From positions 74,648,001-74,712,000 of the forward strand of contig NC_134473.1 of the NCBI RefSeq assembly GCF_964194025.1: a stretch of 64,000 nt of DNA, written 5' to 3'. The notes beneath the pieces are model-generated. The model ran no database searches, had not been told where the DNA came from, and saw nothing but the letters and a program-made list of their open reading frames with translations. The translations under genes and the position numbers were made by a program. This stretch comes from Convolutriloba macropyga. Its lineage: Eukaryota. The number at the start of each line of letters is the position of its first letter. The stretch's first letter is position 1. This document shows positions 13,401-26,900 of the stretch, piece by piece.

Positions 13401-16217
13401 TTCTTAGAAGCGGTAGAATTTTTATTGTGCCATAGTTTATTACCTTTGGGTATCCCTACCTTGATACAAAAAGTCTGGTCTCAGGTAAATCTCCCGAATG
13501 TGGAGCTACTGGTGGATTCAATTTTCAGACAGCATATTGTTTTGATGAACGTTGAGCAATGTAATTGCTGTCAATATTAACATTTTCTAAAAAAAGAGGA
13601 ACTTCGTAGAGGTTCTGGGCATTCTCTCTCTGGGATACAAATCTAATTGCAAAAAATCAACTGTCGATGTCTAGTCTATAGCAAACTTCTAATAGTTCTG
13701 CACAAGTTTTTAGAGACGTAAAAGTGAAGATGTATTATCCATCAGGCTGGCAAGAATTAGATGCAAAAAAGTCTCGTTCGAAATAATTTAGTCCTAAAAT
13801 GGGAAACTGGAACTGCTTTGATGCCTGCAACTTAAAAGTATGGAAGATCAAACTTTGATGTTGTTACATTCTGAAAATTGCATCTGCAGCTCAAATAGTT
13901 TGGTCCGAGTCTTCTTTGGAATAATCAAAAACCGATAACCAAAATACGTTGCGTAGTAATACTCTGGGAAAATCGTCCTTGTTTCAGTTTTCCCGTGTTC
14001 ACTGACATCAATGGGATTTAGTGTTTTAAATTGTAATAGATTGTTCAATGGTACGAATTATGTTTGTTCGCAGTTCAAGTGTTCGGGGAAACCGCAAACT
14101 AAAAATTAGTCTGAGAGTTTCTGCTGGTTTCAAAATTTATGGTATCTTGGTCTGCAGGGCTAATATTTTTATGTATACGCCTCCATGCATTTGCAATTGA
14201 CTGTCTATATTTTTGTTGACACTGTTTGCTATAAAACGTTTTTTTCAGCTTTCTGACTTTATCCGACCTGATTTTGCAGTACTATCCGTCCAGAATTGAA
14301 ATGGGCTCCAATCCTTGCTGCCTCCGAGTACATCTTTAGTGTTTTGTTGCTCTCTCGGTCCTAATAGGAATCTTATATTGAAGCAGTTCTCGGTAATATT
14401 TCTTTCAATAGCTATGGATCTCACGGGTTGTAGAGCGATCGCAATTGTTGTTATATTTGATTCAAATGTAAAAATCTGAAACCGCTGACTGACATTCGAC
14501 CAACCGCCTAAAAGGCATGATAATTTCTGATGTTATAATTTCTGACACTATGTTTAACTCTTGAATCCACTGCTGGCAGTCGCTGCCGAGCTAGGCTGTT
14601 ATTTTTTGTAGTCAATTTCCGCCCTTTTTAAAAACTGCGTGAAGAATGCGTCAAACTATTATGGCAAAAATCGTTATGATGGTGCGTTAAAAACGAAGCC
14701 TTTTAGGAAATAGCTGTATTTGCGTTCATATTTGATAGCTAAATTGGTCTTCTAGAAAGAGGTTACCAGTTAGGATGTCCCACGTTTGTCAAAGAATTGG
14801 TGATGTCTCTGTTTTATAAGATTCAGTTGCTCAACAGGAAGATCAAACATAATTGTTGTTACATCCCGAGCTTTCTATCTGCTACCTGTGAAACAGTTTG
14901 GGCTGCGTCTGCTTTAGAAATGCATTTCGAAATTCATAGGTAGCACGAGAAGGCGAGTAAGTTGAATACAAAAAGCATTGCTTTTGTACCAAAGAGACTC
15001 TAATGCGTTTTGCTCTCCCTCTTGTGCTGCTTTCCGCATAAACATGGCTTCAAAACTTCCTGTATCTGTCATGGAAAAATGTCAAGTCCAAACTAACGGC
15101 AGAGAGCATCTAATACAGTCATAGGCGCTTAATTAAAGATATGTCCTTCGTAGGCAGATGCTGCAGGCAGATGGTGCTTCGTAGGTAGATATTGGCTACA
15201 CGACGTTTTGCTGACCTGGTAGGGACACAAGTTGGTTGCTCTGTATCTGCTATAAGGTTATAGTAATTCAATTCGTTTCTCTTCAAGTCATTCAAGTTAT
15301 TGCACTCTATTTTTCCATGATCAGAAAGACAATCAGGGGAAGATACAGTTGTCTCTTTTCTGCAGTAAACAATCCTACTCAAAAACCAATGACGTTTTCC
15401 CAAAATGGGGGTACTCGAACAAAGTGGCAATTCTTTCTACCGTTGGTTCCTGGTTGAGATTTACAAGTCTTTGTTATCTCATGATGGAAAAGAATTGAAA
15501 TGATTGTACTGAAAATCTTTATATTCTGTGGCATATTTGTCTATCGAATCTTTAAAACGAACCAGGTTGTCGGATAAACAAGTTCCTTTTTGACGACATG
15601 AGGGTTCCAATTTTTTGCCATTGCAAAAAGCTTTGCTTTGGCTTTTCTCAGACGTGCTTAAGATCGGTCTTAGAGTTGTGCAGAACAATAGTTTGCACTT
15701 ACTGCCTATGAAAAACTACAAATGAAATGAAGTTGTCTGGTTTATTCGTTGAAGGTTTGTGCTAGCGTCCCAATTTCTCGCGATATACTGCTATGAAAGC
15801 TTGCAGTACTACAAATATTCCCCTGAACTAAGTATGTCCATTGTTAAACACTATGATCATCAAAAATGCTTTATTTTGCGCGGTCTGTGGGGTTGTTTTG
15901 GAGATAATTTTTTTGATTTGTCTAAAAGTAGAAAAAGCTGGAAGATTTAGTTGTTGAAAAGATGTTTGATTTTCAGGTGAATCGAAGTGAACTTCTGTTT
16001 CTCGGAAAATGGAGCCGCTTTTGTTTTTCTCAATTCTGTTGTCGGTGGTTCCTATTTTATACAATGAGACTAAATGTGGCAGTTTTTACTTTGTTTGTCA
16101 GGGCCAGCTGAGGCCACTGGTCAAATGGCGGCCAAAGAATGTCTGCGACCATGATATGCTCATTGTAGCTTGGATGGTGAGATGAGAAAACGTTTCTATT
16201 GTTTATTTTCGACTGAA

Positions 16218-19200
16218 GGCTTGGAAATGAATCTTGTAACGCTGTTTGGAGATTTTTGTATGATGATGATTGTTGTTCTTTTGTACTGTCCCCAGAGAAT
16301 TTTTATTTTGTTGCTTTCTTCTTTGAAGAAATTTAGGCTGAAGAAATGTTTTTTTTATCACCGTCATTGTTGCTTCAGCTGTCTTGTGACAAACTACCTG
16401 GATGGTTTGTGGTATGAACGCCCATGCATGTGTCAGTTGTTCTTCTGGGCGCTAAGGAGTTTTAGCGTTTTCGGAGTGCTGAAATATAGATATAATTGAT
16501 TGTTTTGATGGACTTTACCAATTGATAAGGTTGAATAGAAAAGGTTCTCTAACTTGCATTCCATGCTCTCTTGTTGTTGAGAGATTTTTGTTCTGTCAAA
16601 TAGGTCAAGCTGTCAATTGGTTTTTTCTGTATGATTTCTTTCATCGTTCTTCTTGATGGTTATGTTGCTCACTGCAGTTCTGCTAAGCCCCTGACCGAGA
16701 TTTTTAATTATGTAATATGAATTAGTTCCACTCTGTGCGCTGATGTCTGCTGGGTTTTCTCCAGATTGTCTATGCCTGACTCGCAAAAAATACCTGAAAA
16801 TACTGATACTTTTTCCTGCTGCTGCCGTCTGTGTATCTATATATATGGTATGTATACTTTGTATCTGTGCTTTGTGTCTATAATTTGTGTCAAAATTTGG
16901 GATCCCTGTTGATTTGATATTTAGATTTTTTTTTGTGGACTATTACCTAACGGTGAGGATTGTTTTGAACTGTCAGAAGACAAAGGTCTGTTACGCAAAT
17001 TGTACTCTTTTGTGATCCTGGTCATTATCTTTCGTTGCCTTGTGTATTTGGTTTATATATTTTTGTTGAACTTGCGTATAAAGAAAAACTTTAAATCTGA
17101 TTTTTTTTGCAACTTGAATAGTGCTTTGTTCGATCTCTTCTGCTCTTTTAGAGTCTTCTTTCATTCAAGCAATGGTGTTGCGCGTTTACATGAATCAGTT
17201 TCAGCGAAGAACTGAGAAAAGCGAAAAAAACTGCAGATAGTCGTGAATTGAGATTGATTCTGATTTTAGCTTTTAAAATCATACTTGTGAAATTTTTACA
17301 GGCTAGTGGCCATACGATCAATTTTATTTGTACCTCATCACATTCCACTGTAATAACGGTTATTATTGTCCGAATCCTTAGTGCTGTCACATTTAACGTC
17401 TTTAAACCGAGAGTTAAAATGTGAAATCTAGGCATGCTGCAAAACAAAAATATTTGAAAGTTCTAGAGATCTTTAAATAAAATCAGATTTTTTATCAGCA
17501 GATTTAATAGTCACTCAAATGAGTGTTTCGAAGTTCCGATGCGATATTAATTGAATAAATATATTTTGGACAGATAACTCTCCTGTGGTTTAAAATTTCG
17601 GTGAGAAAAAATTGCAGAACAGAACAACTGAAAATAATAAAAGCAAGCAACTGAGGGCTTGATTTTTTTCGTCTGATGGCTTGAAAATCTATCTTGTAAC
17701 GCTGTTTTTGGTGATTTTTGTGTTATGATGATTGTTGTTTTTTTGTACTTTTCCCAGAGATTTTTCACTTTGTTGATTTCTTCTTTGAAGAAATATAAGC
17801 TGAAGAAATATTTTTTTCATCACCGTCATTGTAGCTTCAGCTGTCTCGTGACAAACTATCTGGATCACTTTTTGTGGTATGAACGCCCATGCATGTGTCA
17901 GTTGTTCTTCTGGGCGCTAGGAGTTTTAGGGTTTTCGGAGTGCTGAAATATAGATGTAATTGATTGTTTTGATGGACTTTACCATTTGATAAGGTTGAAT
18001 AGAAAAGTTCTCTAACTTGAATTCCATGCTCTCCTGTTGTTGAGAGATTTTTGTTCTGTCAAATAGGTCAAGCTGTCAATTGGTTTTTTCTGTATGATTT
18101 CTTTCACCGTTCTTCTTGATGGTTCTGTTGCTCACTGCAGTTCTGATAAGCCCCTGACCGAGATTTTTTCTTATGTAATATGATTTAGTTCCACTCTGTG
18201 AGCTGATGTCTGCTGGGTTTTCTCCAGATTGTCTCTGCCTGACTCGCAAAAAATACTTGAAAATACTGATACTTTTTCCTGCTGCTGCTGACTGTGGATG
18301 GAGAATGATTGGAGCTTTGTATCTATATATATGGTATGTAAGCTTTGCATCTGTGCTTTGTGTCTATACTTTGTGTCAAAATTTGGTATCTATCAAGCTC
18401 CTTGAATGCTGATTCCAGTTTCGTCTGGGTAAAAAAATTTGATACAATTTCTACTCGTCAATGTTGATTAGGATCCCTGTTGATTTGATATTTAGATTTT
18501 TTTTGGGGACTATTACCTAACGGTGAGGATTGTTTTGAACTGTCAGAAGACAAAGGTCTGTTACGCAAATTGTATTCTTTTTTGATGCTGGTCATTATCT
18601 TTCGTTGCCTTGTGTTTTTGGTTGATATATTTTTGTTGAACTTGCGTATAAAGAAATACTTTAAATCTGATTTTTTTGCAACTTGAATAGTGCTTTGTTC
18701 GATCTCTTCTGCTCCCTTAGAGTCTTCTTTCATTCAAGCAATGGTGTTGCGCGTTTACATGAATCAGTTTCAGCGAAGAACTGAGAAAAGCGAAAAAAAC
18801 TAGAGATAGTCGTGAATTGAGATTGATTCTGATTTGAGCTTTTAAAATCATCCTTGTTGAATTTTCTCAGGCTAGTGGCCATACGATCAATTTTATTTGT
18901 ACCTCATCACATTCCACTGTAATAACGGTTATTATTGTCCGAATCCTTAGTGCTGTCACATTTAAATTCTTTAAACCGAGAGTTAAAATGTGAAATCGAG
19001 GCATGCTGCATAACAAAAAATATTTGAAAGGTCCAGAGATCTTTAAATGAAATCTGACTTGTTATCAGCAGATTTGCTAAAAACTCAAATGAGTGTTTCG
19101 AAGTTCAGAAGTGATATTGACTAGATAAATACTTTTTGGACAGATAACTTTCTCCTGTGGTTTAAAGTTTCGGTGAGAAAAAATTGCAGAACAGAACAAC

Positions 19201-19224
19201 TGATAATAATAAAAGCAAGCAACT
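16218..19224. repeat. Tandem duplication of a ~1.5-kb unit (copy 1 ~16218-17653, copy 2 ~17678-19224)
   Basis: Near-colinear high identity by eye; copy 1 lacks two segments (~25 bp and ~80 bp) present in copy 2 at ~18298-18322 and ~18387-18470. Confidence 0.93.
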
Positions 19225-19479
19225 GTTCTGTAAAACAAAAAACATTCTGAAAAGGAAAAAATTTCTTCCTGAAACACGGAAGTTAAAATCTGAAAACAAA
19301 TTTTAAATCATGTTAAAACACCAGCTGCTCCAATATAAGTTGAACTTGTAACATTTGAAAGAAAGATTATCTACTTCATAACTTAAACGTATGTTTAGCA
19401 GAATACGGACCCTTTAATTTACATTTGAAATAATTTGGTGCAGAAATATAATTTATATATCATGTCTGACTTATAAGCT

Positions 19480-20845
19480 TTAAAAGACTGGTTTTGAAAG
19501 TAATTTATTTGTCAATTTGGAAACAAAACTTGAATACGCAGGCTCTGGTCCCATTTTAAAATGTCTTCTCATCAGACCATTCCAGACGATGTTGACTTCT
19601 GATCGGACTCTGTCAAAACAGAATAGCCCATCTTGCGGTGATGCCATATCTTTCGATATGTTATGAGAGTCTGACATCCAATGGACAGTGGAAAAATAAA
19701 CGTTGATCAACTAACAGAACGATTTCAAATGGAAAACTTAATTTTTATTGTTTCTATGATTGGATGCGATCCATATCTAAAAGAGGTTTTTCCTTGTTGA
19801 TTTGGAAAGTTTAAGTCAATGTGTAAATGTTTATAATTATGTCTATATTTAAAATTATGTCTAAATTTAAGCCTAATTTTAGACAAAATTGGTCGATTCT
19901 GGCCAATGTTGCCCAGTAGTGCAATTTTAAAGTGATATTCAAGTTACGGTAATCAAAAGTGAGGTGTTTTTGCGTTATTAAACTTTCTAATGAATTTTTT
20001 GCGCTATTTGTGCGTTCAAAATCAGTGAAGCAGTGATCGTTTTGTGGAAACTTGACAGTTTGGGGTGTATAAAAAACCACCAACATTACAATTGTTACAT
20101 TGGCATAATATAACGATATAATGTTTTTTTTCCTTTTTTAAAGGACGTCTGGTTACATAAGTTTAACTCTAAACGTTAGATAATGTCTTTATAATTTGGA
20201 GATTGACAACCACTAAACTGCAGTTCAGTGTTCAGTTGCTATTTTCTAAGTTTTAGTTTCAGTGATTTTGTAGTTTGCAATCATTGAAAATAGCCCAATG
20301 CTAATTCCCTATGAGTGATTGACGAACTCAGAATCTTGAAAACATCCTGGATTCAAGCTTGCAAGTGACTGTATAAAGGTGCCAAGATGTTTGCAAGGTT
20401 CTTGCATGTTTTTCGTGCAGAAATCTTGAAAAATTTTCAATTCCAATATTTGCGAAAGGAAGCCACGAGGGAGGAAGTCGGGTTTTCACAGCAGAAACTT
20501 TTTCTTAGCTTTTCCCTGGGCGCTTTTAACTTCCTTGACAACTAGAGCCTTTTCATTGATGAGTTAAGAACAGCGCACCTAACAATAAATGGGACTTTAC
20601 CTTTTTCGGCTCCCGTCCTACGATTAGACTATCGTCCAGACTGTAGCCTCTGGCGAGACTTTTGTAAAACTTATCATTGGTTTGCTTTACAGATTTTTAT
20701 GTTGGTCCAGACTTGAGTGCGATCGAACGTTTTGAGAAATAATCCAGCCCTCACACTCCGCCCTCATGTGCAACCCAAATGTTGGTCGTCTTGGTATGGA
20801 ACCTCAAACTGAAGTTTGACCATTAGCGGTCGTCAAAAAAGTATC
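19480..20845 (-). pseudogene. Possible two-exon pseudogene fragment of unknown family
   Basis: Exon-like block 20845-20601 (tttgtag acceptor, aag|gtaaag donor, three in-frame stops) splices in phase to 19710-19480 (ctgttag acceptor; LINVYFSTVHWMSD...). Confidence 0.3.
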
Positions 20846-20988
20846 CTACAAAACGATATAGCTCTGGTATCTGATATTGTTTAGATAACTTCTATTCGAA
20901 AAAAACTTTTCAAAAATCTTAAATTTGATAGAAATCAAAAATCATTTAGTTTGTTTAATCTTGAGAATCATAGTTTCGTTCTAAATGT

Positions 20989-23900
20989 CTATCGCTGAGC
21001 GACGTTGATGCTGCGCTTCAGCGGGTTTTGTGGAGCTATAGGCTGAGTTGACAGAATGACCGCTAAGTTGGAGTGCCCGTGAACACCTGTCTGTTCAGGC
21101 TGGAACTGTGAGTCATACTCTTCGGCTGACAAAACTCTCGCTCTCACAGGAAGTGTGAAGATTTCTACCTGGAATGAACAGATTCTAAATCATGAATAGC
21201 GAAAGAAATATTAAACTGCCCGGGTTGAGGTTTGAAGGCTAAAATTTGCAGAAGAAAAAAATGAAGAATTGTGGTGAATACAGTCACCATTTCAAGGATT
21301 TAGCTTGCAATTTTCATCAAAACTCAGGGATTTGAAAAAATTTCTGAACATTTATGCAAGAATTGCGGCGAATGCGGTGAATAAAAGATTGAAAGAAAAA
21401 CATGCTTCCAGGCGTCACTTGATTAGATTTTTCAGAGCATATTGACGACCTGTCAAATTTAAGCGATGTGTTCTTTTTCTGTATATAAAACCTTGATTAC
21501 TGGGGAAAAAATGATAATGTTCCGTTTTTCAATTTATTTTGAAAAGTTAAGTTTATCTGATAATGACTTGCGTGAAATGTCCGATATTACCGGTCATTTT
21601 GCATTTGTTTTTGAAATTCATAAAGAAAAACAATCACTGCACTAACACTATTTAGTAAAAGGTTTATAAAAGGACATCTTTTTATTGACAAGAATCGGGT
21701 TCATTATTATCAGATTATAAGAATTGTGCTTTACCTCCGTAGTTATAATCAGCTCATGTATTAAATCGTCTTCCTGAGCTGTCGGCTTATTGCCCACGTC
21801 AGAAGTTTGCCCAGCCGCGACTTCATTCTCGTCTTTTGGGTTCGCCAGGGCAAACAAAACGAGCTCAAGTTGCTGCGACATTCCGGCTGCAACCGCCCCG
21901 GGGGGTTTGTAGTTAACACTTAACCCCGTTGAGAGTGGGGGAGATTTCACTCTAAATCGGCAGTTTTCAAGCCCTATGTTTTTCACCATAATGTCAATTC
22001 CGTATGTATATCCCTCTCTTAAAGTTCCGAAGTTGAGTTTTGTTGGACGAACTAAGAAGCCACGAAGAGCGCCCATGTGACTTGGGTTAACAGCACCCGC
22101 GATTGACGTGGTGTTGGATCGCCTCTTCACAGGGTTCTCAACTCGGAGAAACTAAACGGAGACCAATATTTAATGCTTTGAACATGTTTACAACTTCGGT
22201 GAAATAGCCATCTATAATCATCTATAATTTGTTTCTTTTTACAATTCAAAGAGTTTGAATTGTATTGGGGCGCTGTCGTTTTTTTAAGATCTGTTCACAC
22301 ATTTTCATGATTTTTGAAGTCAAATTGGAGTTGTGATTTTGGTCACGCCGAAACAGGAAATGGAGCGAAAAAGCGAGTGGTTTTGCGGCGTGAATTTTTT
22401 TCGCTCTTATTTTAAAGTAGAGTGAGAAAACGGTGTTTGAACAAAAATTCGGTTTCTCGGTAGTGGTTTTTTGTTCACATGCGGCAATTTCACTCTGATT
22501 TTTACTGTTTTTTCGATTTTTTGGATCGGATTTTTTCTAAATGGTTTTCCCAATCCATTCACAGCTCATTCTAGGCCTAGTTTTTTGTTTGAATTAAATT
22601 TTCATTTCTCGCTAGTGGTTTTTTTGTTCACATGCGACGTTTTGACGTTGATTTTTTGTTTTTTTTTTCCTATTTTTTGATCTGATTTTTTTAAAATGGT
22701 TTTCTCAATTCACTCATAGTCCATTCTAGGTCTAGTTTTTCTGTTTAGTCGATGAAAATTCTTTGAATTGTACGTCAGGAGTTGTCTGCTATGATTTTTG
22801 TTACGACCATATGACGTCACAGCCACTTTTTGTTCATTCGTTCAGGCAATTTCAACAAAATTGCATGTGTGACGTCATTTTTCGCTCATTTTTAGTGGAG
22901 CGAGTTTTTTGTTCATGCGCGTGATTAAATTTTTGGTCACACTTGACTTACCTCACTCTCAAAAATGACTTCCTCACTTTGAAATTGACTTTTATTTACT
23001 TTAATTCAAAGAGGTAAGGTCAAGTGGGTTTGTGTCACTCTAAATGAAGGTTATTTGAGATCAGCTAGTAGAGGCAGCAATAACTTATTAGGATTTTTAA
23101 TCAAAATATAACAGATCAGCCTTCAATGAAAAGACGAATTTTTTTTGGTCTGTCTTTTTTACTGTTTTTCTTAGACTGCCGATCTACGACTCCATTGCGG
23201 CTATTTTCCGGCAGTCTGCCAGCTATGTTATTAACTTAATTGGCTAACAATTAACCAAGCATTTACAGAGGATAGGATGTATATAGTCCAAATGATTAAA
23301 AAAAAACCCTTTTTTAATTTTATTTTAGCCATTTTTATTTCAATTCTTCTGCACTGTTGAGTTTATAAATGGTGCTTAAAGTAATAATAATAGTCAAAAA
23401 AGATTTTGCTTGAACAGTTTTTTTGGTTCTATTGCGCTTTAGTTTTTAATTAAAGCGCAAATTTTAAATAATCTTTTGTACGACTTTCTATTGTAATGAC
23501 AGTCTTTTTGCTATTGTCTAGGCTGTTTCTGTCTTGCCATGCTACGTATTTATGGAAAGGTATTTATGGAAGTGAAGTGAAATGTAAAATCAAAATTTTC
23601 TTATACAGCAGCAGCATAAATTATCATCGTACAGTTCCTAAGAATTTATTACCGTTGAATCTAAATTGGATTGATCACATAGCTTAAGTGAAAATGTTCC
23701 CCCTTGCAAATTTCTAGTGGTCTGTTTCAGGGAAAAATTTCCTCTCCTTTTCATCGGGAATGAGTGGACAAGTCAATTCTTGTGCTATTAAAGGCAGCAG
23801 CATGTTCTTAGCCAGTGACCACGTGTACAACAGGTTCGTGGACTTGAAAAAGAGAGAGACTATTACTTGTTAACAGACAAAATCAACTCGCTTTGTGTGT

Positions 23901-26900
23901 TGAACACGTCGGACTCAGACATGCGGGCAGTGCTAGCTTCACACATTTTCATGATTTTTGAAGTCAAATTGGAGTGGTGATTTTGGTCACGCCGAAACAG
24001 GAAATGGAGCGAAAAAGCGAGTGGTTTTGCGGCGTGAATTTTCTTCGCTAAAATTTTAAAGTAGAGTGAGAAAAAGGTGTTTGAACAAAAATTCGGTTTC
24101 TCGGTAGTGGTTTTTTGTTCACATGCGGCAATTTCACTCTGATTTTTACTGTTTTTTCGATTTTTTGGATCGGATTTTTTTTAAAATAGTTTTCCCAATC
24201 CATTCACTGCTCAATCTGGACCTAGTTTTTTGGTAGAATCAAAATTACATATCTCACTAGTGGTTTTTTGTTCTCCCTAGCAGCATTTTGACATTGATTT
24301 TCTGTTTTTTTTTGTTTTTTTCATCTGATTTTTTTTTAGAAATGGTTTTCCCAATTCACTCATTGTCCGTTCTAGGTCTAGTTGTTTGTTAAGTCAATGA
24401 AAATTCTTTGAGTTGTACGTCAGGTCTTGTCCTGCTACGTTTTTTCATTTCTTCTTACACCAAAGTTTTCACACGGACCAAACTTTTCACATCAAACTTT
24501 TCGTGGAATAAATCGAGTTGCAATCGGAAATTGTTTCCTTTTTTCCCTTTTTTTGTTCCTCCCGGTAATATAAAGTAATCAACAATAAATATGGTTATAA
24601 AGGTATATATTAATGCTAATGGTTAGCCTCACTGCTTATACGTCTATATAGATCAATATCAAAAAAAATAATTAGTTTGGTCATTCAAGCTTATGAATAG
24701 AAAAAATATACACGGCTGAAAAAGGAACAGTGCAATTTAGTCTTAGTTGATTATCATAAGGGCATTCGGATCTATTCTGTCCCCCCCCCCCCAGCTTAGT
24801 GAGCACAATTTTTTATGACCCCCAGGCGCACGCTGGGGGTCATAAAAACACTGGGGGGGGGGGGGGGCGAAACCGAATAGATAGATGCGAGCATTCAAAC
24901 AGCCGGCTGAAAATTGCAGCTTTAACAAAGTCGACAATTTCGGTATGCAAGTTTTCACTTTATGGCAATGAAAAAGATTTTTCAAAGAGTTAACCTTTTG
25001 ATTAGGTCTTCTTGTTGGTCCTTTATCAGTTTCATTTTCAATCTCCGTGACGTCATTTCCTCCAAGTCGCTTATCTATTCCAGTCTCGTTAACATCCTGC
25101 AATTTTTCAGGCCTTTCGTCCTCGTGTTTCTCCTTCCCAGCTGAAGATTCATATAGAAGTTGTTGGTTGTTCACGTTTCCAGTCTGTTGCTCATTTTCTG
25201 CAAAAGCTGCTCGATCCGTGTCATCTTGTGGCTCATCAATGATTTGAGAAGTTTCGATCTCTGTCTCCTTCAGCTTATGTTGCCTCTGAAAAGAAGCAAA
25301 ATTGGGTCTTTCCCGTTATAGCCCCCCTTCCCCATGAAATTATAGCACTCCCCATTAAGGTACATTTACCATGATGGGGGGTATAGGTTATCTGATCACT
25401 AAGCTGGGGGGGGGGGGGGGGGTGGGGGGGTTGGGAGGGCTATAATGGGAAAGACCCGTAAAAATTTGGTAACATGTTTGTTCAGGGGTATATCTAAGTT
25501 ACAAAGCCTTTGGTCAAGTCACTCAGAACTTAAACCAAAAGCCGTGTAGATGTTCGAGATTGCTAAGATGTACAAAGTGAACTTTGTGGAGCAACGTTAT
25601 CGATTTAAAAAATGAGTTTCGCTTTTTCAATAAATTTGATTTTCAGTCAACGTATCTAAAAAATTTTTTAAAAGACACTGTAGAGAATCGGCATATTTTA
25701 AAAGCACGTGCGTGATTTCAATTTAATTGAAGCTATCGTATACTGTTGTTGCATCTTTTTTTGTTGGAGCCTGCTAATCTTTAAAAACTCCAATGTCCTC
25801 GAAACATAATTTATAGGGACTGTTCAAGAACCAAATATTCAAATTCGAGTTTTTTTGTGCGAACATTTTAAATAGATAAAAATTGAACTCGACGAACAAA
25901 TCATCTACCTTGCCCCTTTCAACTCTAAGCAAGTTGCACTTTTCAATTAAACAGAGTACGCTGACAACTATCCTTTTAAACTTGCGTCCTGTAGAAATAA
26001 GTAAGCAAAAGCCGTAAAACAAAGCCAGGCTGTTACACATATAGAACAAGCCCAGACCTAATGCAAGTCAATATCAGTGCCGGGAACGTCTAATTTCAAG
26101 TCTTACATCAGTACTGATTCAATGATATGATCATGTCACTTCTCACATTTAGCTGTCTAAATACCAATATAAGTCATGACGTGAACGTTTAAATACAAGT
26201 CTTGGCCAAGATGTGCAGCTCTTAAAATTCCCATCAAAAAGTCCCAAAAACGCCAAAATAGGCCGGGAAAATGTCCAAAATTTGCCGAAAACGCCAGCAA
26301 TAGAAAAGAAATTGTCAAAAACTTGGAAAATTTTTGTCTGAAATAGTTCCGGAAAGCGTCAAAACACGTCGCAAAAACAGCACATAAATGAACTAAAAAG
26401 GCAAAATAGCCAGGGAATTATTAAAAGTATGCTGTGCAATCGTCAAAAACAGCATAGAAATTTTCAATAACCGGGAAGCAGTCTATAAATGAGACAGGCC
26501 CCTTTGACACCATGGAGCTAGTTTGTCATTCGTAACATCTATGGCTTCATTTACAAGTACCCTGAGAGAAGGGCTAAAAACGAAGCATTGTTTTTAGTTC
26601 ATTAAAAAACTGTTTAATTTTTTTCAAGTTCTTTTACTTTGGACATTTGCGGTAAACTTTGAATCCATTAGAATGAAACTATTTTTTTCCATTGTATTAA
26701 ATGTTAAAAGCTAGTAATAAAATGAGGAAAGAACAATTAGAAGCATACAAACTTTCAGCGGGTCATTGAAGTCCCAATTAAAAACAAAAAGAACTAGAAC
26801 AAAAAAGAAATCGTACCTCAAAAACTCTTGTGACCAAATGCAACATCATAATTTAGAAAACAAAACACACATTAATGAAAGTGCCATTTTTCAGCTTTTC

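Larger units (their letters stand above)
8860..19225 (-). mobile_element. Unclassified large decayed coding element (intronless, minus strand A-rich) with three paralogous domain copies and a duplicated 5' region
   Basis: Long stop-interrupted reading frames throughout; mutually homologous segments at ~9700-10300, ~11850-12330 and ~13050-13850; CxxC pairs near 15100-15180; no RT, transposase or helicase motif recognised. Confidence 0.5.
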
